From positions 4,377-68,376 of the forward strand of contig CAYXZX010000002.1 of assembly GCA_964469455.1 (NCBI GenBank): a stretch of 64,000 nucleotides of DNA, written 5' to 3'. Origin of the DNA: an uncultured Rhodocyclaceae bacterium (GTDB lineage: Bacteria > Pseudomonadota > Gammaproteobacteria > Burkholderiales > Rhodocyclaceae). Shown here piece after piece: positions 1-10,228 of this stretch. Each line of letters begins with the position of its first letter. Position 1 is the first letter of the stretch. The translations under genes and the position numbers were made by a program. The notes under the pieces were generated by a model. It saw only the letters and a list, made by a program, of their open reading frames with translations. It was not told where the DNA came from and ran no database searches.

Positions 1-836
1 TGAAGAACGCGCTCGATTTCAACGGCAAGGTCGTGCTGGTCACCGGCGGCGGAGGCGGCATCGGTCGCGGTATTGCCGAAGCATTCGACCGGTGTGGCGC
101 GCAAGTGGTGGTGGCCGAGATCGATCCAGCCCGCGCCGATGACACGCGTGCCGCGCTTGGCAAGACGTCCAAGGTCTCGGTTACCGACGTGCGCGACAGT
201 GCCGCCGTTGACGCATTGCTCCAGGACGTGGCCGCTCGCTACGGCCGCCTGGACGTGCTGGTTAACAATGTGGGTGATTTCCTCGGCATCGTCAAGCCAC
301 TCGAGGATTACACCGACGCAGACTTCGACGCCCTGTTCGCCGTCAACCTGCGCCAGGTTTTCCAGGTGACGCGCGCGTCGTTGCCCCTGATGAAGAAGAC
401 CGGACCGGGCGGCAGCATCATCAGCGTGTCATCGATCGAGGCTTTTCGCGGGATCCCGATCAACATCGTTTACTCGGCGTTCAAGGCCGGCATCACGGGA
501 TTCACCAAGAGCCTGGCGCTGGAACTCGGCCGGTCCGGCATTCGGGTGAATGCCATCGCGCCCGAAACCACGGAATCCGAGCAGGTCAAGCCGTCGGCAT
601 GGATTCCCGAGCAATACCAAGAGCATATCGCGCGCTGGATTCCGCTCGGCCGCTTTGGCACGCCCGCCGATGCCGCGGGTTGTGCCCTGTTCCTGGCCAG
701 CGAATTGGCCGGCTGGGTCACGGGTACCACCATACACCTCGATGGTGGTGCACTGGCCGCCGGCGGCTGGTATCGGACGCCACAAGGGGGTTGGACCAAC
801 GTGCCGGTCATCAGCGGCAACGGCATGGTCTTCTGA
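1..836 (+). CDS. short-chain dehydrogenase/reductase (SDR); start codon probably straddles the 5' window edge
   Basis: Frame 3 is open from nt 3 (KNALDFNGKVVLVTGGGGGIGRGIA). It has the Rossmann TGxxxGIG motif, NNVG and YSAFKAG (YxxxK). Nt 1-2 are 'tg', so an NTG start may lie across the edge. Stop at 834-836. Confidence 0.9.
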   Translation, partial: KNALDFNGKVVLVTGGGGGIGRGIAEAFDRCGAQVVVAEIDPARADDTRAALGKTSKVSVTDVRDSAAVDALLQDVAARYGRLDVLVNNVGDFLGIVKPLEDYTDADFDALFAVNLRQVFQVTRASLPLMKKTGPGGSIISVSSIEAFRGIPINIVYSAFKAGITGFTKSLALELGRSGIRVNAIAPETTESEQVKPSAWIPEQYQEHIARWIPLGRFGTPADAAGCALFLASELAGWVTGTTIHLDGGALAAGGWYRTPQGGWTNVPVISGNGMVF

Positions 837-851
837 TATGACAGAAGAGGA

Positions 852-1691
852 ATGGCAATGAGAAAGGTAGCAATCGTCACCGGGGCAACGCGTGGCATAG
901 GCAAGGCTGCCGCACTCAGTCTGGCCCGAGCGGGTTTTGATGTCACGGTCACCGGCCGTACGCTCAAGGAAGGTCAGGGTACGGCCACGATGCCGTATGC
1001 CGCAGACGGCCAGCAGGTTGCGGTTCCCGGCAGCCTCGAGACAACGGTCGAGCAAGTCCAAGCCCTCGGGGCCGAGGCACTGCCGGTGGTGATGGATGTG
1101 CTGGATCGCTCGACCATGGATGCCGTGGTGGAGCAAACCCTGGCGAAGTGGGGACGCATCGACCTGCTGCTCAACAACGCGCTCTACCAGGGACCGGGTC
1201 TCATGTTTTCCTTCGCCGAATTCACCTTCGAGCAACTGGAAAAGAGTGTCATGGGCAATATGGTGAACCAGGCATACCTGGCGCGCCTGGCGCTTCCGGC
1301 GATGATCCGGCAGGGCGGCGGCACCTATATCAGCCTGAGCTCGAATGCCGCCGTGTCACCGCCACCGGCGCCACCCGGCAAGGGCGGCTGGGGTTTCGTC
1401 TATGGCGCGCCGAAATCCGGTTTCCATCGTATCGCTGAGTTCATACATGTCGAGCATGCCAAGGATGGCATTCTGGCGTTCAACGTCGAACCGGGCTTCA
1501 CGGTGACCGAGGCCACCGTGGCAATGTTTGGAGCGAATTCGGCGGCGGAGTTCAATCGCCATGCGACGCGACCGGAAACCACGGGTGATGTGATTGCCTG
1601 GCTGGCGACTCGGCCCGAAGCCCGATCGTTGTCGGGCACGCTGATCAGCTCCCCGGATTTCTTCAAGAGCCGAGGCATCGTTTTTCCGTAG
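852..1691 (+). CDS. SDR family oxidoreductase (279 aa)
   Basis: N-terminal VAIVTGATRGIGKA Rossmann motif, NNA, YGAPKSG (YxxxK). AGAGGA-like RBS upstream of the ATG. Confidence 0.9.
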   Translation: MAMRKVAIVTGATRGIGKAAALSLARAGFDVTVTGRTLKEGQGTATMPYAADGQQVAVPGSLETTVEQVQALGAEALPVVMDVLDRSTMDAVVEQTLAKWGRIDLLLNNALYQGPGLMFSFAEFTFEQLEKSVMGNMVNQAYLARLALPAMIRQGGGTYISLSSNAAVSPPPAPPGKGGWGFVYGAPKSGFHRIAEFIHVEHAKDGILAFNVEPGFTVTEATVAMFGANSAAEFNRHATRPETTGDVIAWLATRPEARSLSGTLISSPDFFKSRGIVFP

Positions 1692-1711
1692 GATAGAGGC
1701 AGGAGCACCCA

Positions 1712-2512
1712 ATGAACTCGTCAGTATTGCTGCTGGAAAAGCAGGGTGCGGTTGCCACCTTGACGCTCAATCGCCCCGACGCGATGAACGCGTTCTCGGC
1801 GGAACTCCGCCTTGCGCTCGGGCAGGCGTTTCGTGAACTTCGTGCGGATCCGGAGATTCGGGTTGCCATCGTGACAGGTGCCGGGCGGGCATTTTGCGCC
1901 GGGATGGATTTGAAGGAGTTGAGCAGCGGTGGCGATGGCGCCTCGGGTTTCGACAAGAGCGTCGTTGGACAGGACATGGCCGAGGCCATCGCCGAGTTCG
2001 AAGGTCCCGTCATTGCCGCGGTCAACGGTCATGCCGTGACTGCCGGTTTTGAACTGGCCTTGGCATGCGATCTGATCATCGCGTCAACCGAGGCCAAGTT
2101 CGCCGACACGCATGCGCGGGTCGGCATACTGCCGGGATGGGGACTGGGTGTGCGGTTGCCTCGCCTCATTGGCATCAATCGGGCCAAGGAGCTGAGTTTC
2201 ACCGGCAACACGCTGAGCGCGGCGCAAGCATACGAGTGGGGCCTGGTCAATCGCGTCGTGGCTCCGGAGGAATTGCTTCCCACCTGTCGCAACCTCGCCA
2301 ACCAGATGGCGAGTTGTGTCCCCCAGGTGCTGCGGGAATATAAGCAGTTGATTGATACAGCCTATGGCATGCACTTGCCGGACGCCCTGCGCCATGAGAA
2401 GGCCGCTGGAATCGAATCGGCAAAACGGGTTAGCGCCGCCATCATCGCGACACGTCGCGAAGGCGTTCTTGACCGCGGACGGAAGCAGACAGAGGAATCC
2501 GGAAAAGGGTGA
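1712..2512 (+). CDS. enoyl-CoA hydratase/isomerase (crotonase) family
   Basis: LTLNRPDAMNAF, GAGRAFCAGMDLKE and NGHAVTAGFELALACD crotonase signatures. AGGAG RBS 7 nt upstream. Confidence 0.92.
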   Translation: MNSSVLLLEKQGAVATLTLNRPDAMNAFSAELRLALGQAFRELRADPEIRVAIVTGAGRAFCAGMDLKELSSGGDGASGFDKSVVGQDMAEAIAEFEGPVIAAVNGHAVTAGFELALACDLIIASTEAKFADTHARVGILPGWGLGVRLPRLIGINRAKELSFTGNTLSAAQAYEWGLVNRVVAPEELLPTCRNLANQMASCVPQVLREYKQLIDTAYGMHLPDALRHEKAAGIESAKRVSAAIIATRREGVLDRGRKQTEESGKG

Positions 2513-3333
2513 GATTCATGAAGCCGCTTGAGGGGAAAGCAGTCATCATTACTGGCGCCGGCGGCGGCATCGGACGGCCGGCAGCCCGGATGCTGGCCGA
2601 TGCCGGAGCCCGGGTGATCGTCAGCGATATTCGCGAGGATGCGACCAACATCACTCGGGACCAGATCATCCAGAGCGGTGGCGAGGCCATCGCCGTGCCG
2701 GCCGACATCACCAAGGAGCCGGATGTTCGCGCACTCGTGGAGGCCGCGAGGATATTTGGCGGGGTTGACGTGCTCGTGAATAACGGTGGCGGCAGCCTGG
2801 CGCGGGACCTGGACATCATCTCCATGGACGTCGACGTCTGGGATGCAACCATGGCTCTCAACGCCAAGGGGCCGATGCTATGCTGCAAGCATGCCATTCC
2901 GGACATGCTCAAGCGTGGCGGAGGCTCGATTGTCAATATCTCATCTGGCGCTGCATTGAGCGGGCAGTTGGGAATTCCGGCATACAGCGCCGCCAAGGCC
3001 GCCGTGATCGCGCTCACCCGTTCGGTCGCCACCCTCTATGGTCAGAAGGGCATACGCTGTAACGCCATTGCGCCGGGACTGATATTGCACGAACGACTGG
3101 CAGAGATCTTCCCCATCGAGCAGATCAGGATTGATGCGGAGAACATTCTCACGCCTCGGGCAGGAACTCCCGAGGACATTGCCGCCACGGTGATATTCCT
3201 TGCTTCCGATCAGGCACGATTCATCAACGCGCAGGTATTGCCGGTCGACGGCGGGCTGTTGGCGCATACGCCGACCTATGCGCAAACGCGGGCGATGGGA
3301 TCGAAACGGCTCGAGGTAAAGGAACGGAGCTGA
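2509..3333 (+). CDS. SDR family oxidoreductase (alternative ATG start at 2518)
   Basis: GKAVIITGAGGGIGR, NNGG and YSAAKAAV motifs. The GTG at 2509 overlaps the stop of the upstream crotonase by 4 nt. Confidence 0.9.
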   Translation: MRFMKPLEGKAVIITGAGGGIGRPAARMLADAGARVIVSDIREDATNITRDQIIQSGGEAIAVPADITKEPDVRALVEAARIFGGVDVLVNNGGGSLARDLDIISMDVDVWDATMALNAKGPMLCCKHAIPDMLKRGGGSIVNISSGAALSGQLGIPAYSAAKAAVIALTRSVATLYGQKGIRCNAIAPGLILHERLAEIFPIEQIRIDAENILTPRAGTPEDIAATVIFLASDQARFINAQVLPVDGGLLAHTPTYAQTRAMGSKRLEVKERS

Positions 3334-3350
3334 ACTCATAACTTGGGTGC

Positions 3351-4385
3351 GTGATCATGGAAATCTTTGCGGTAGCTCCCGAAAATCTTGGTCTCGGTGC
3401 CATTGGTGCCTTTGCCCAGCGTGTCGAGGCGATGGGCTACGACGGCCTGTTCGTTCCGGATGCAGTTCACGATGGCCTGCTACTGGCCGGGCGGGCACTG
3501 GCCAGCACCAGTCGCCTTCGAGTCGGGATTTCGGTCCTGGTGGCCTTCCCCCGTAGCCCCATGAATGTGGCATTGGCCGCGTGGGACCTGCAAAGCATGT
3601 CGGGCGGACGCTTCGAACTGGGACTGGGGACCCAGATCAAACAGAATGTCGAGGATCGCTACTCGGCCAGATGGCTGCCGCCAGCAGCCGGGATGCGTGA
3701 GTATTTGGGAGCCCTTCGGGCGATTTTTCGCAGCTTCCGCACGCGGGAACCGCTGAATTTCGTTGGCGAGCATTACCGATTTACACGCCTGCAGCCGTTC
3801 TTCAATCCGGGACCCATCGATGCCCCCGACGTGCCCGTCATGCTGGGTGCCGTGGGCCCCAAGATGCTGAATCTCGTCGGAGAGGCTGCCGATGGAATGC
3901 ATACGCATCCGACCAACACGTCGGCACGATACCTCCGGGAGGCGATCCTGCCGCAGGTTGCAGCGGGTACCGCCCGGCGCAATCCGTCGCTTCAGGCACC
4001 CTTGATCTGCGCGAATGAACTTGTCGCCAGCGGATCCGATGATGCGACCGTGAGGGCCGAAAGGGAGCGGTTTCGCGGCATGTTGGCATTCGTGTTTTCG
4101 ACGCCAGCCTATTGGCCCAGCCTCGAGATGTTCGGCTGGAAGGATGTCGGGGAACGATTGCTGCAAATGACGCGCGAAGGGCGCTGGAAGGAAATGCCTG
4201 GCCTGTTGTCCGACACGCTACTGGACGAGTTCCTCGTGAGCGGCCGATTCGAGGAACTTCCGGAAGCCTTGGCATCGCGTTTTGAGGGGCTGGTGCAGCG
4301 CGTTACCTTGACGGTTCCGTTGCGGCCGGAGGATGACCGGGCGAATGCGAAGGCTATCGAGGCAATTCGTCGTCGCTTGTCGTAG
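3351..4385 (+). CDS. luciferase-like monooxygenase (LLM) family, F420-type oxidoreductase class (alternative ATG start at 3357)
   Basis: TIM-barrel LLM pattern (GYDGLFVPDAVHD, AFPRSPM, SGGRFELGLGTQIK, HYRFTRLQPFFNPGP). Clear paralog of the CDS at 32877-33941. Confidence 0.8.
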   Translation: MIMEIFAVAPENLGLGAIGAFAQRVEAMGYDGLFVPDAVHDGLLLAGRALASTSRLRVGISVLVAFPRSPMNVALAAWDLQSMSGGRFELGLGTQIKQNVEDRYSARWLPPAAGMREYLGALRAIFRSFRTREPLNFVGEHYRFTRLQPFFNPGPIDAPDVPVMLGAVGPKMLNLVGEAADGMHTHPTNTSARYLREAILPQVAAGTARRNPSLQAPLICANELVASGSDDATVRAERERFRGMLAFVFSTPAYWPSLEMFGWKDVGERLLQMTREGRWKEMPGLLSDTLLDEFLVSGRFEELPEALASRFEGLVQRVTLTVPLRPEDDRANAKAIEAIRRRLS

Positions 4386-4553
4386 ACATGCAAGCGGCGG
4401 GGCAACTCGACCGCTGATGCTACAATTGATTATTTAGCAAACCGGGGAATCGCGTCGACAACAACGCTGTAGTTCGGCCGTCGTTCGGCGGGTACAGGGT
4501 TTATCGGGAATTCGCGATCGCGGCCGAATCCTTCAATTTGCACTGAGATCAAC

Positions 4554-5693
4554 ATGTCGATCCTGCTTCGGCTTATTGCGATGTGCGGGTTCCCGTCGCT
4601 CTTGGCGATGCTTGTTGCTGCCTGTAGCGGTGACAAGACGGGGGCCGGCCCGTCAGGTATGCCGCCACCCATTGCGGAAGTTCAGGTGGCCGTCGTTACG
4701 CCCGCAGCCGTTACAGTCACCCAGGACCTTCCGGGGCGGCTTGAGGCTGTTCGTACCGCGCAGGTGCGTGCTCGCGTCGAGGGGGTGGTAGAGCGGCGAT
4801 TGTTCGTCGAGGGCAGCGACGTCCAGGCGGGAAAGAGCCTCTATAGCATCGACGCACGCACCTACCGGGCGGCGCTAGCGGCGGCGGAGGCCGAGTTGGC
4901 GGTCGCCAATCTGACGGTCGAGCGGTACCGTTCGCTGCTCGAGGACAAGGCGGTGAGCCAGCAGGAATTTGATCAGGCGGCTGCGAGGGTCAAGCAGGCG
5001 GAGGCTGCACTGGTCAAGGCTAGACTTGACTTGGAAAACGCCAACGTGCCTGCGCCAATCTCCGGCCGTATCGGTCGCTCCATGATCACGGAGGGTGCCC
5101 TGGTAGGCAAGGGTGAGGCGACGCTGCTCGCGACCATAGAACAAACGGATCCGATCTACGCCAATTTCACCCAGTCAAGCACCGAAATCATGCGTCTGCG
5201 ACAAGCCTTCAACTCCGGTGGATCCAGGCCGAGGGAGGGCGGCCGGGTAGACCTGATGCTAGAGGACGGGAGCATTTACGCGCATCCGGGGCGCCTGTTG
5301 TTCACCGATTTGGCCGTGGATCCCGGTACCGGTTCGATTCAGATGCGAGCGATTTTTCCCAATGCGGGCCGGAGGCTGCTGCCAGGAACTTTCGTGCGTG
5401 TTCGTGTTCCGCAGGCTGTTGCGGCCGATACCCTGAAGGTTCCCCAAGTGGCGGTTCAATCGGGGGCGCAGGGCCAGTTCGTGATGATTGTCGCGCCAGA
5501 CGGCAAGGCGGCCGTCAGGCCGATCAAGACCGGCGCAATGGCCGGTACCGACTGGATAGTGACTGACGGTTTGAGCGCGGGTGAAAGAGTCATCCTGACC
5601 GGCTTGCAAAAAGTTCGCCCCGGGAACTCGGTGAAAGTGGTCGAGGCGGAAGAACTCCCCGCCAAGACGTCGACGTCGGCCGTCGGCAAGTAG
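4554..5693 (+). CDS. RND efflux periplasmic adaptor (MexA/AcrA-type membrane fusion lipoprotein)
   Basis: Signal peptide with lipobox LVAAC. Coiled-coil hairpin region (YRAALAAAEAELAVANL...KQAEAALVKARLDLENA), beta-barrel and membrane-proximal regions. Directly upstream of the RND pump gene. Confidence 0.93.
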   Translation: MSILLRLIAMCGFPSLLAMLVAACSGDKTGAGPSGMPPPIAEVQVAVVTPAAVTVTQDLPGRLEAVRTAQVRARVEGVVERRLFVEGSDVQAGKSLYSIDARTYRAALAAAEAELAVANLTVERYRSLLEDKAVSQQEFDQAAARVKQAEAALVKARLDLENANVPAPISGRIGRSMITEGALVGKGEATLLATIEQTDPIYANFTQSSTEIMRLRQAFNSGGSRPREGGRVDLMLEDGSIYAHPGRLLFTDLAVDPGTGSIQMRAIFPNAGRRLLPGTFVRVRVPQAVAADTLKVPQVAVQSGAQGQFVMIVAPDGKAAVRPIKTGAMAGTDWIVTDGLSAGERVILTGLQKVRPGNSVKVVEAEELPAKTSTSAVGK

Positions 5694-5706
5694 GGGGCGC
5701 GGCGAA

Positions 5707-8700
5707 GTGCTGGCCAAGTTCTTTATCGACCGGCCGATATTCGCCTGGGTGATCGCGATCGTCATCGTCCTGGCCGGCAGTTTGGCCTTGCGCAAGCTGC
5801 CGATTGCCGCCTACCCGTCGGTGGCCGCTCCCGCGGTTGCTTTCAATATCGTCTATCCCGGCGCTTCGGCGAAGGTGGTCGAAGAGACGGTGACCGCCTT
5901 GATCGAGCAGGAAATGAACGGCATCGAACACCTGCTCTATATGGAAGCGGCCTCGGAACTTGGCGGCGGCAGTCTCACCTTGACCTTTGAACCCGGCACC
6001 AATGTCGATATCGCCTCGGTCGAGGCGCAGAACCGGTACAAGCGTGCCGAGGCGCGTCTTCCGGAGGAGGTCCGCCGTCTCGGCGTGCCGGTGATCAAGC
6101 AGACTCGCAATATTCTGATGATCATCGCGGCCTACTCGCCCGACCGTAGTCTGGATAACGTTGCCATAGGCAGCTACGTTGCCGCCAATGTACTTAATCA
6201 CATACGTCGCGTGAAGGGCGTGGGTGAAGTGCAGTTGCTCGGCACCGAATACTCCATGCGTATCTGGCTGAAACCCGAACTCTTGCATGCCTTCAATCTT
6301 GCGCCCGGTGATGTCTTATCCGCCGTCCGTGCCCAGAATGTGCAACTGGCCATGGGGGAAATCGGACAGGCGCCCGCCGGCGAGGGGCAGCAATTCAATG
6401 CCGCCATCGTTAGCCCGGGGCGCTTGCAGACGCCCGAGGAGTTCGGCGAGATCATCGTCCGGGCGCGGCCGGATGGTGCCGTTGTCAAGGTCAAGGATGT
6501 AGCTCGAATCGAACTGGGGGCACAAGATTACGGGGTGTTCGCCCGCTTGGACCGACAACCGACGATTGGCATGGCGGTGCGCCTTACGCCAGACGGCAAT
6601 GCACTCGAAACGGCACGCAACATCAGGGCGAAGATGGCCGAACTTGAGAAGTATTTTCCCAAGGGCATGGCCTGGGACATTCCCTATGACTCGTCTCGCT
6701 TCGTCGATATCTCGATCAGGGAAGTCGTCATCACCCTGCTCGAGGCTATGCTGCTCGTGTTTCTGGTGATGTACTTGTTCCTGGAAAACCTTCGTGCCAC
6801 TCTCATCCCGGCGGTCGTGGTCCCCGTGGCGCTTGCGGGCTCCATGATCGGGCTCTACCTGTTCGGGTATTCGATCAATGTACTCACCCTGTTCGCCATG
6901 GTGTTGGCCATCGGTATCGTCGTCGATGATGCCATTGTCGTGGTCGAGAATGTCGAGCGCATCATGACCGAGGAAGACCTGGCGCCGCGCGAGGCCACAC
7001 GCAAGGCCATGGACCAGATTTTTTCCGCGGTGATCGGCATCACATTGGTGCTATGCGCTGTATTCCTGCCAATGGCATTTTTCGGGGGAGCCGTTGGCGC
7101 GATCTATCGCCAGTTCTCGGTCACGCTATTGCTCACGATGCTGTTCTCGGCCTTGATGGCGCTGACGCTGACTCCGGCTATGTGCGCCACCGTCCTCCGG
7201 CACGTGCCCGGCACTGCGGTGATGCCGACGCGCGGATTCTTCGGTTGGTTCAATCGCACTTTTGCGCGTGCGGTAAATGGTTACCAGTCGATCGTTGGCA
7301 GAATCCTGTCCCGCACGGTCCGCTTCTTGGCGATCTATCTGGCCATCATTATCGCGACCATCTGGGTGTTCATGCATTTGCCAGCGGGTTTCCTGCCGGA
7401 AGAAGATCAGGGCTACTTCGCCAATCTGGTTCAGCTCCCCGCCGGGGCGACCCAGGCCCGCACGCTGGACGTCATCAAGCAGATGGAGTCGTATTACCTC
7501 GACCAGCCCGAGGTACGGCATACGGTTGGCGTGGTGGGCTTTTCCTTTTTCGGCAGTGGCCAGAACGCAGGCATCATGTTCGTCCCGCTCAAGGACTGGG
7601 ATGATCGCGGCGCGCCAGGGAGCGATGCCACGACCTTGATCAGGCGCGCCAACGCAACCTTGTCGCGAATCAGGGAAGCGTTTGTCGTGGCGGTCAATGT
7701 CCCCGCCATACCAGACCTGGCCGCAACCGGTGGCTTCGACTTCCGGCTGCAGGATCGCGGAGGCCACGGCCGGGACAAGCTCCTAGAGGCGCGCAACATG
7801 GTTCTGGGTATGGCCTCGCAGAATCCGGTGCTCGCCGGTGTTCGACCCGAGGGACAGGAGCCAGGGCCGCAGTTGAGGCTGGATATCGATCGCGCCAAGG
7901 CCAGAGCCCTGTCGGTGGACCTTGCGCAGTTGAATGAAAGCCTTCAGTCGGTGCTTGGCGTTGCCTACGTCAACGACTTTGTCCGCCAGGGCCGCATTCT
8001 TCGGGTTCAGATGCAGTCGGAGCCCTCTGGGCTCGCGACGCCCGAGGCAATACTTCGACTGCCGATTCGCAATACCCGCGGTGAAATGATTCCGTTGGCG
8101 GAACTGGCGCAACCGCACTGGATTGTCGGGATACCCAAGCTTGACCGCTATAACGGTATGCCTTCGATGAAAATCTCGGGCATTCCCTCGCCCGGACACA
8201 GTACTGGCGAGGCCATGGCGGCAATGGAGAGGATTGCGGCGCAGCTTCCCGAGGGGTTCGGCTTCGAGTGGTCTGGAACATCATATGAGGAGCGCTTATC
8301 CGGTAGCCAGGCCCCACTATTGTTTGCGCTGTCTCTGCTGGTCGTATTCTTGGCCTTGGCGGCCCTGTATGAAAGCTGGTCAATTCCGCTTGCCGTGATT
8401 CTCGTCGTGCCGCTAGGCATTTTCGGCGCTGTTGTGGCGGTGGCGCTACGCGGAATGCCCAACGACGTGTTCTTCAAGGTCGGCTTGATCGCCACGATTG
8501 GGTTGTCGGCAAAGAACGCCATCCTGATCATCGAATTTGCGAAGAACCGTTACGAACAGGGCATGGACTTGGTCGGGGCTACGCTGGAAGCCTGTCGGCT
8601 TCGCTTTCGTCCGATCCTCATGACGTCGCTGGCCTTTGTTCTTGGCGTATTGCCGCTTGCGGTCTCTTCGGGCGCTGGCGCTCAGAGCCGCCATGCCATC

Positions 8701-8835
8701 GGAACAGGCGTGATGGGCGGAATGATTGGTGCCACCGCCTTGGCCGTGTTCCTCGTGCCAGTATTCTTCGTGGTCATCAAGCGCTTGTTGAAAGCCTCGG
8801 TCGTTCCGCGAGTGGAGGAATCAAAGCATGAATAA
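5707..8835 (+). CDS. RND multidrug/hydrophobe efflux permease (AcrB/MexB family, 1042 aa)
   Basis: Canonical N-terminus MLAKFFIDRPIFAWVIAIVI, VVENVER motif, two large periplasmic loops and a 12-TM layout. Confidence 0.96.
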   Translation: MLAKFFIDRPIFAWVIAIVIVLAGSLALRKLPIAAYPSVAAPAVAFNIVYPGASAKVVEETVTALIEQEMNGIEHLLYMEAASELGGGSLTLTFEPGTNVDIASVEAQNRYKRAEARLPEEVRRLGVPVIKQTRNILMIIAAYSPDRSLDNVAIGSYVAANVLNHIRRVKGVGEVQLLGTEYSMRIWLKPELLHAFNLAPGDVLSAVRAQNVQLAMGEIGQAPAGEGQQFNAAIVSPGRLQTPEEFGEIIVRARPDGAVVKVKDVARIELGAQDYGVFARLDRQPTIGMAVRLTPDGNALETARNIRAKMAELEKYFPKGMAWDIPYDSSRFVDISIREVVITLLEAMLLVFLVMYLFLENLRATLIPAVVVPVALAGSMIGLYLFGYSINVLTLFAMVLAIGIVVDDAIVVVENVERIMTEEDLAPREATRKAMDQIFSAVIGITLVLCAVFLPMAFFGGAVGAIYRQFSVTLLLTMLFSALMALTLTPAMCATVLRHVPGTAVMPTRGFFGWFNRTFARAVNGYQSIVGRILSRTVRFLAIYLAIIIATIWVFMHLPAGFLPEEDQGYFANLVQLPAGATQARTLDVIKQMESYYLDQPEVRHTVGVVGFSFFGSGQNAGIMFVPLKDWDDRGAPGSDATTLIRRANATLSRIREAFVVAVNVPAIPDLAATGGFDFRLQDRGGHGRDKLLEARNMVLGMASQNPVLAGVRPEGQEPGPQLRLDIDRAKARALSVDLAQLNESLQSVLGVAYVNDFVRQGRILRVQMQSEPSGLATPEAILRLPIRNTRGEMIPLAELAQPHWIVGIPKLDRYNGMPSMKISGIPSPGHSTGEAMAAMERIAAQLPEGFGFEWSGTSYEERLSGSQAPLLFALSLLVVFLALAALYESWSIPLAVILVVPLGIFGAVVAVALRGMPNDVFFKVGLIATIGLSAKNAILIIEFAKNRYEQGMDLVGATLEACRLRFRPILMTSLAFVLGVLPLAVSSGAGAQSRHAIGTGVMGGMIGATALAVFLVPVFFVVIKRLLKASVVPRVEESKHE

Positions 8836-10219
8836 AGTTAGCCGGCGAGCGGTCTGGCTTTTGTTGATGTCCACGGTCTCGGCCGGTTGTAGTCAGAAGC
8901 CGCCATACGTGCGTCCGGAGATTCCAGTGCCGAGTCAATGGCCACAGCAGAGCGTCGAGGCTGGACGCGACGTCAGGGATACGGATTGGAAAGCCTTCTA
9001 CCTGGATCCACGCTTGAAGGCGTTGATTTCGCTTGCCCTTGAAAACAACCGTGATCTGAGGGTGGCGACGGCCCGCATTGTCGAGGCACGGGCGTTGCAC
9101 GGCATTCAGGTTGCCGAAAGTGTGCCCGGGGTTAATCTCGGTGCGGTCGATACGGTGACGCGTTTCCCTGGTGATCTGTCCAGTTCGGGTAAACCATTGG
9201 TTTCCCGGCGGTACGATGTGAATCTTGGCATCACCGCTTTCGAACTCGATTTCTGGGGACGTGTCGCCAGTCTGCGTGACGCTGCGCTGGCGAGTTTCCT
9301 GGCAACTGAGCAGGCACGGCGTGCCTTTAGGCTGGCGCTAATTGCGGATGTTGCGGATCTCTATCTTGTTCAGCGCGAATTGGCGGAACGCCTGACGCTC
9401 GCTCGAGATACCCTCGATTCCAGAGAGGAAAGCCGAGCGCTGATCCTGAAGCGCAAGGAGGCCGGCCTGGCGGGCGAACTCGATTATCTTTCCGCAGACG
9501 GTGCCTGTCAGGCGATTCGAGGCGAGATCGCGGCACTCGAACGTCAGCGCGAGGCCGCCGACAATTCCATGCGGTTGCTTGCCGGAACTTTCCCGGATGA
9601 CCTGCCGGTAGGCTTCCCGCTTGGCGAGCAGGGACTCGATTCCAACTTGACCGTTGAACTACCTGCGAATGTGCTGCTTCGTCGGCCGGACGTGCGAGCC
9701 GCCGAGCAGGCATTGATTGCCGCCAACGCCAATATTGGCGCTGCTCGGGCTGCTTTCTTTCCACGCATAGCGCTCACGACCAGTTTGGGTACCGCAAGTA
9801 GTGCGTTGTCAGGGCTGTTTGGTTCGGGTTCCGAGGCTTGGACATTTCAGCCCAGCCTTAGCCTGCCGCTATTCGATGCGGGCCGAAACCAGGCCAATCT
9901 CGATCTCGCGGAGGCGCGCAAGGTTATTTCCGTGGCTCAATACGAGAAGTCGGTTCAGCAAGCATTTCGCGAAGTAGCCGATCTGTTGGCTGCGCGTACC
10001 CGGCTTCGGCAGCAACTCGACGCACAGGAATCCACGGAACGAACTCAGGCGCAGCGATTGACGATTGTCGAGGCTCGCTACAGAGGCGGAATCGCGAGCT
10101 ATCTGGAACTGCTTGATGCGCGCCGGGACGCCTTGGCGGCACAGCACGGCACGGTTGTACTGCGCCGGCAGTGGCTGTCAACTTCAAATCAGTTGTTCAA
10201 AACCCTGGGAGCCGGCTGA
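8828..10219 (+). CDS. outer-membrane efflux factor lipoprotein (OprM/NodT family)
   Basis: Lipobox VSAGC. Duplicated OMF repeats (ARIVEARA..., ANIGAARAAFFPRI). The ATG overlaps the stop of the pump gene by 8 nt. Confidence 0.93.
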   Translation: MNKVSRRAVWLLLMSTVSAGCSQKPPYVRPEIPVPSQWPQQSVEAGRDVRDTDWKAFYLDPRLKALISLALENNRDLRVATARIVEARALHGIQVAESVPGVNLGAVDTVTRFPGDLSSSGKPLVSRRYDVNLGITAFELDFWGRVASLRDAALASFLATEQARRAFRLALIADVADLYLVQRELAERLTLARDTLDSREESRALILKRKEAGLAGELDYLSADGACQAIRGEIAALERQREAADNSMRLLAGTFPDDLPVGFPLGEQGLDSNLTVELPANVLLRRPDVRAAEQALIAANANIGAARAAFFPRIALTTSLGTASSALSGLFGSGSEAWTFQPSLSLPLFDAGRNQANLDLAEARKVISVAQYEKSVQQAFREVADLLAARTRLRQQLDAQESTERTQAQRLTIVEARYRGGIASYLELLDARRDALAAQHGTVVLRRQWLSTSNQLFKTLGAG

Positions 10220-10228
10220 CGCCGTTCT

